Sequence record: OR805294.1
Strand: one strand, 5' to 3'
DNA: 64,000 nucleotides
The notes beneath the pieces were generated by a model. It made no database searches. It was not told the origin of the DNA and was given only the letters and a program-made list of their open reading frames with translations. A program made the translations under genes and the position numbers. Within the stretch, counting starts at the first letter, position 1, and every line of letters begins with the position of its first letter. Of this stretch, positions 63,162 to 64,000 are shown one piece after another.

Positions 63162-63360
63162 TGCCGAAATATACGATATAGTTATCAGACAGGAAGGTTA
63201 TTTAGAATTTCTAGAAGAAACAGAAACAGAATACACAGGATTTCTAAATGTTGTTAAAATATACAAATGCACCGATGGGTATCAAAAACGAATTCATACA
63301 ACAAAACAGAAGTTTTCTTTTCCGAAAGATTCTGACGAAATACTTATAATAGAATTATAG
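63121..63360 (+). CDS. Hypothetical protein
   Basis: 79-aa ORF. Confidence 0.5.
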   Translation: MRVYIKEQRICRGNAEIYDIVIRQEGYLEFLEETETEYTGFLNVVKIYKCTDGYQKRIHTTKQKFSFPKDSDEILIIEL

Positions 63361-63370
63361 GAATTTCTGC

Positions 63371-63937
63371 ATGACTACAACTGAGGCAACTCTACTTAGT
63401 CTCGCTATCGCTGCAAGTTGTATGGTAGCAGACAAAATGTATTCTAAAGAATTTGAATACATTACTAACCTTAAAATAAAAGAAGAAAAACTAAAAGAAG
63501 AATTTGCTATAAATGATGAAGATAAAATAAAATCATACATAGCATTGTGTAAAAGAAGAAAGAATTGCAGGGCAGTAGCAGAAGCAATATATTATGAAGC
63601 GCGTAGTGAATCTAGGATAGGAATGCAAGGTGTAGCATTTACGATATTAAATAGAGCCATGAATCCTACTAGATGGCCCAACACCCCGTACAGTGTGGTT
63701 TACTATAAATGCCAATTTAGTTATACTTGCGACGGCAGTAGAAAACAAGGTTTTAAAGAAAAAGATAAATGGGATTTAGCTAATATAGTAGCATATAGGG
63801 CTATAAATAGACTATCTAGCGATCCCACCAACGGCGCTGATCATTATTATGCACCGCACAGAGTAAGCAAACCGTATTGGGCAAAGAAAATGAGAAAAAC
63901 TGCCAAATTAGGTAATCATGTGTTTTATAAATCGTAA
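63371..63937 (+). CDS. SleB-like cell wall hydrolase (Hydrolase_2)
   Basis: AEAIYYEARSE...GVAFTILNR...CQFSY...ADHYYA...LGNHVFY; N-terminal signal-like segment. Confidence 0.9.
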   Translation: MTTTEATLLSLAIAASCMVADKMYSKEFEYITNLKIKEEKLKEEFAINDEDKIKSYIALCKRRKNCRAVAEAIYYEARSESRIGMQGVAFTILNRAMNPTRWPNTPYSVVYYKCQFSYTCDGSRKQGFKEKDKWDLANIVAYRAINRLSSDPTNGADHYYAPHRVSKPYWAKKMRKTAKLGNHVFYKS

Positions 63938-64000
63938 TGAGGGGATTATACTATGGTATGCAAAACAATAACAAAAGAAATGTTTGAAATGCAATATAAT

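Noticed and set aside
1-64000. Stop-codon reassignment (genetic code 15 or 4), as in some jumbo phages
   Set aside because: Standard-code ORFs tile the window densely and conserved proteins are full length. TAG is used as a genuine stop (e.g. 44926, 47231).
1-64000. Bacterial chromosome or prophage origin (because of clpA, dnaJ, phoH, queE)
   Set aside because: There is no integrase or host housekeeping operon. T4-like late boxes, PolB, the clamp, fibre genes and dense orphans point to a lytic jumbo phage carrying auxiliary genes.

Overview
This is a 64-kb internal segment of an AT-rich, lytic jumbo dsDNA tailed phage, probably a T4-superfamily-like myovirus. The evidence is recurring (G/C)ATAAATA or GGTAAATA late-promoter-like boxes, consensus sigma70 early promoters, a family-B DNA polymerase, a putative sliding clamp, PhoH, and MoxR/VWA genes. 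It is not a bacterial chromosome. Layout: (1) PhoH plus a DnaJ-ClpA chaperone pair. (2) About 20 kb of very large, repeat-rich virion fibre or decoration genes, then a putative holin, a HIGH-motif nucleotidyltransferase, and Kelch and LamG proteins. (3) A fractured DNA polymerase B gene: the two halves carry the N- and C-parts of a naturally split Ser-type intein and flank a free-standing Zn-finger endonuclease gene. (4) A 7-deazaguanine cluster in which a TGT/DpdA-like enzyme is translationally coupled to a glycosyltransferase, followed by QueD-like, PRTase and QueE genes. (5) A 5'-3' exonuclease, small hypothetical genes, and a MoxR AAA+/VWA-metallopeptidase pair separated by a 2.8-kb insert. 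(6) A minus-strand block including an HNH nuclease. (7) A 1.8-kb ORF-free region holding a promoter-driven, densely base-paired candidate large non-coding RNA (about 630-750 nt) and an extremely AT-rich, repeat-bearing, origin-like tract. (8) An AAA ATPase, two degenerate oxidoreductase-like genes and a SleB-type cell-wall hydrolase. The strongest novelty candidates are the large structured RNA (about 55.28-56.03 kb), the DpdA-like plus glycosyltransferase DNA-hypermodification cluster, and the split-intein polymerase. All family calls come from motif recognition by eye; no database searches were run.
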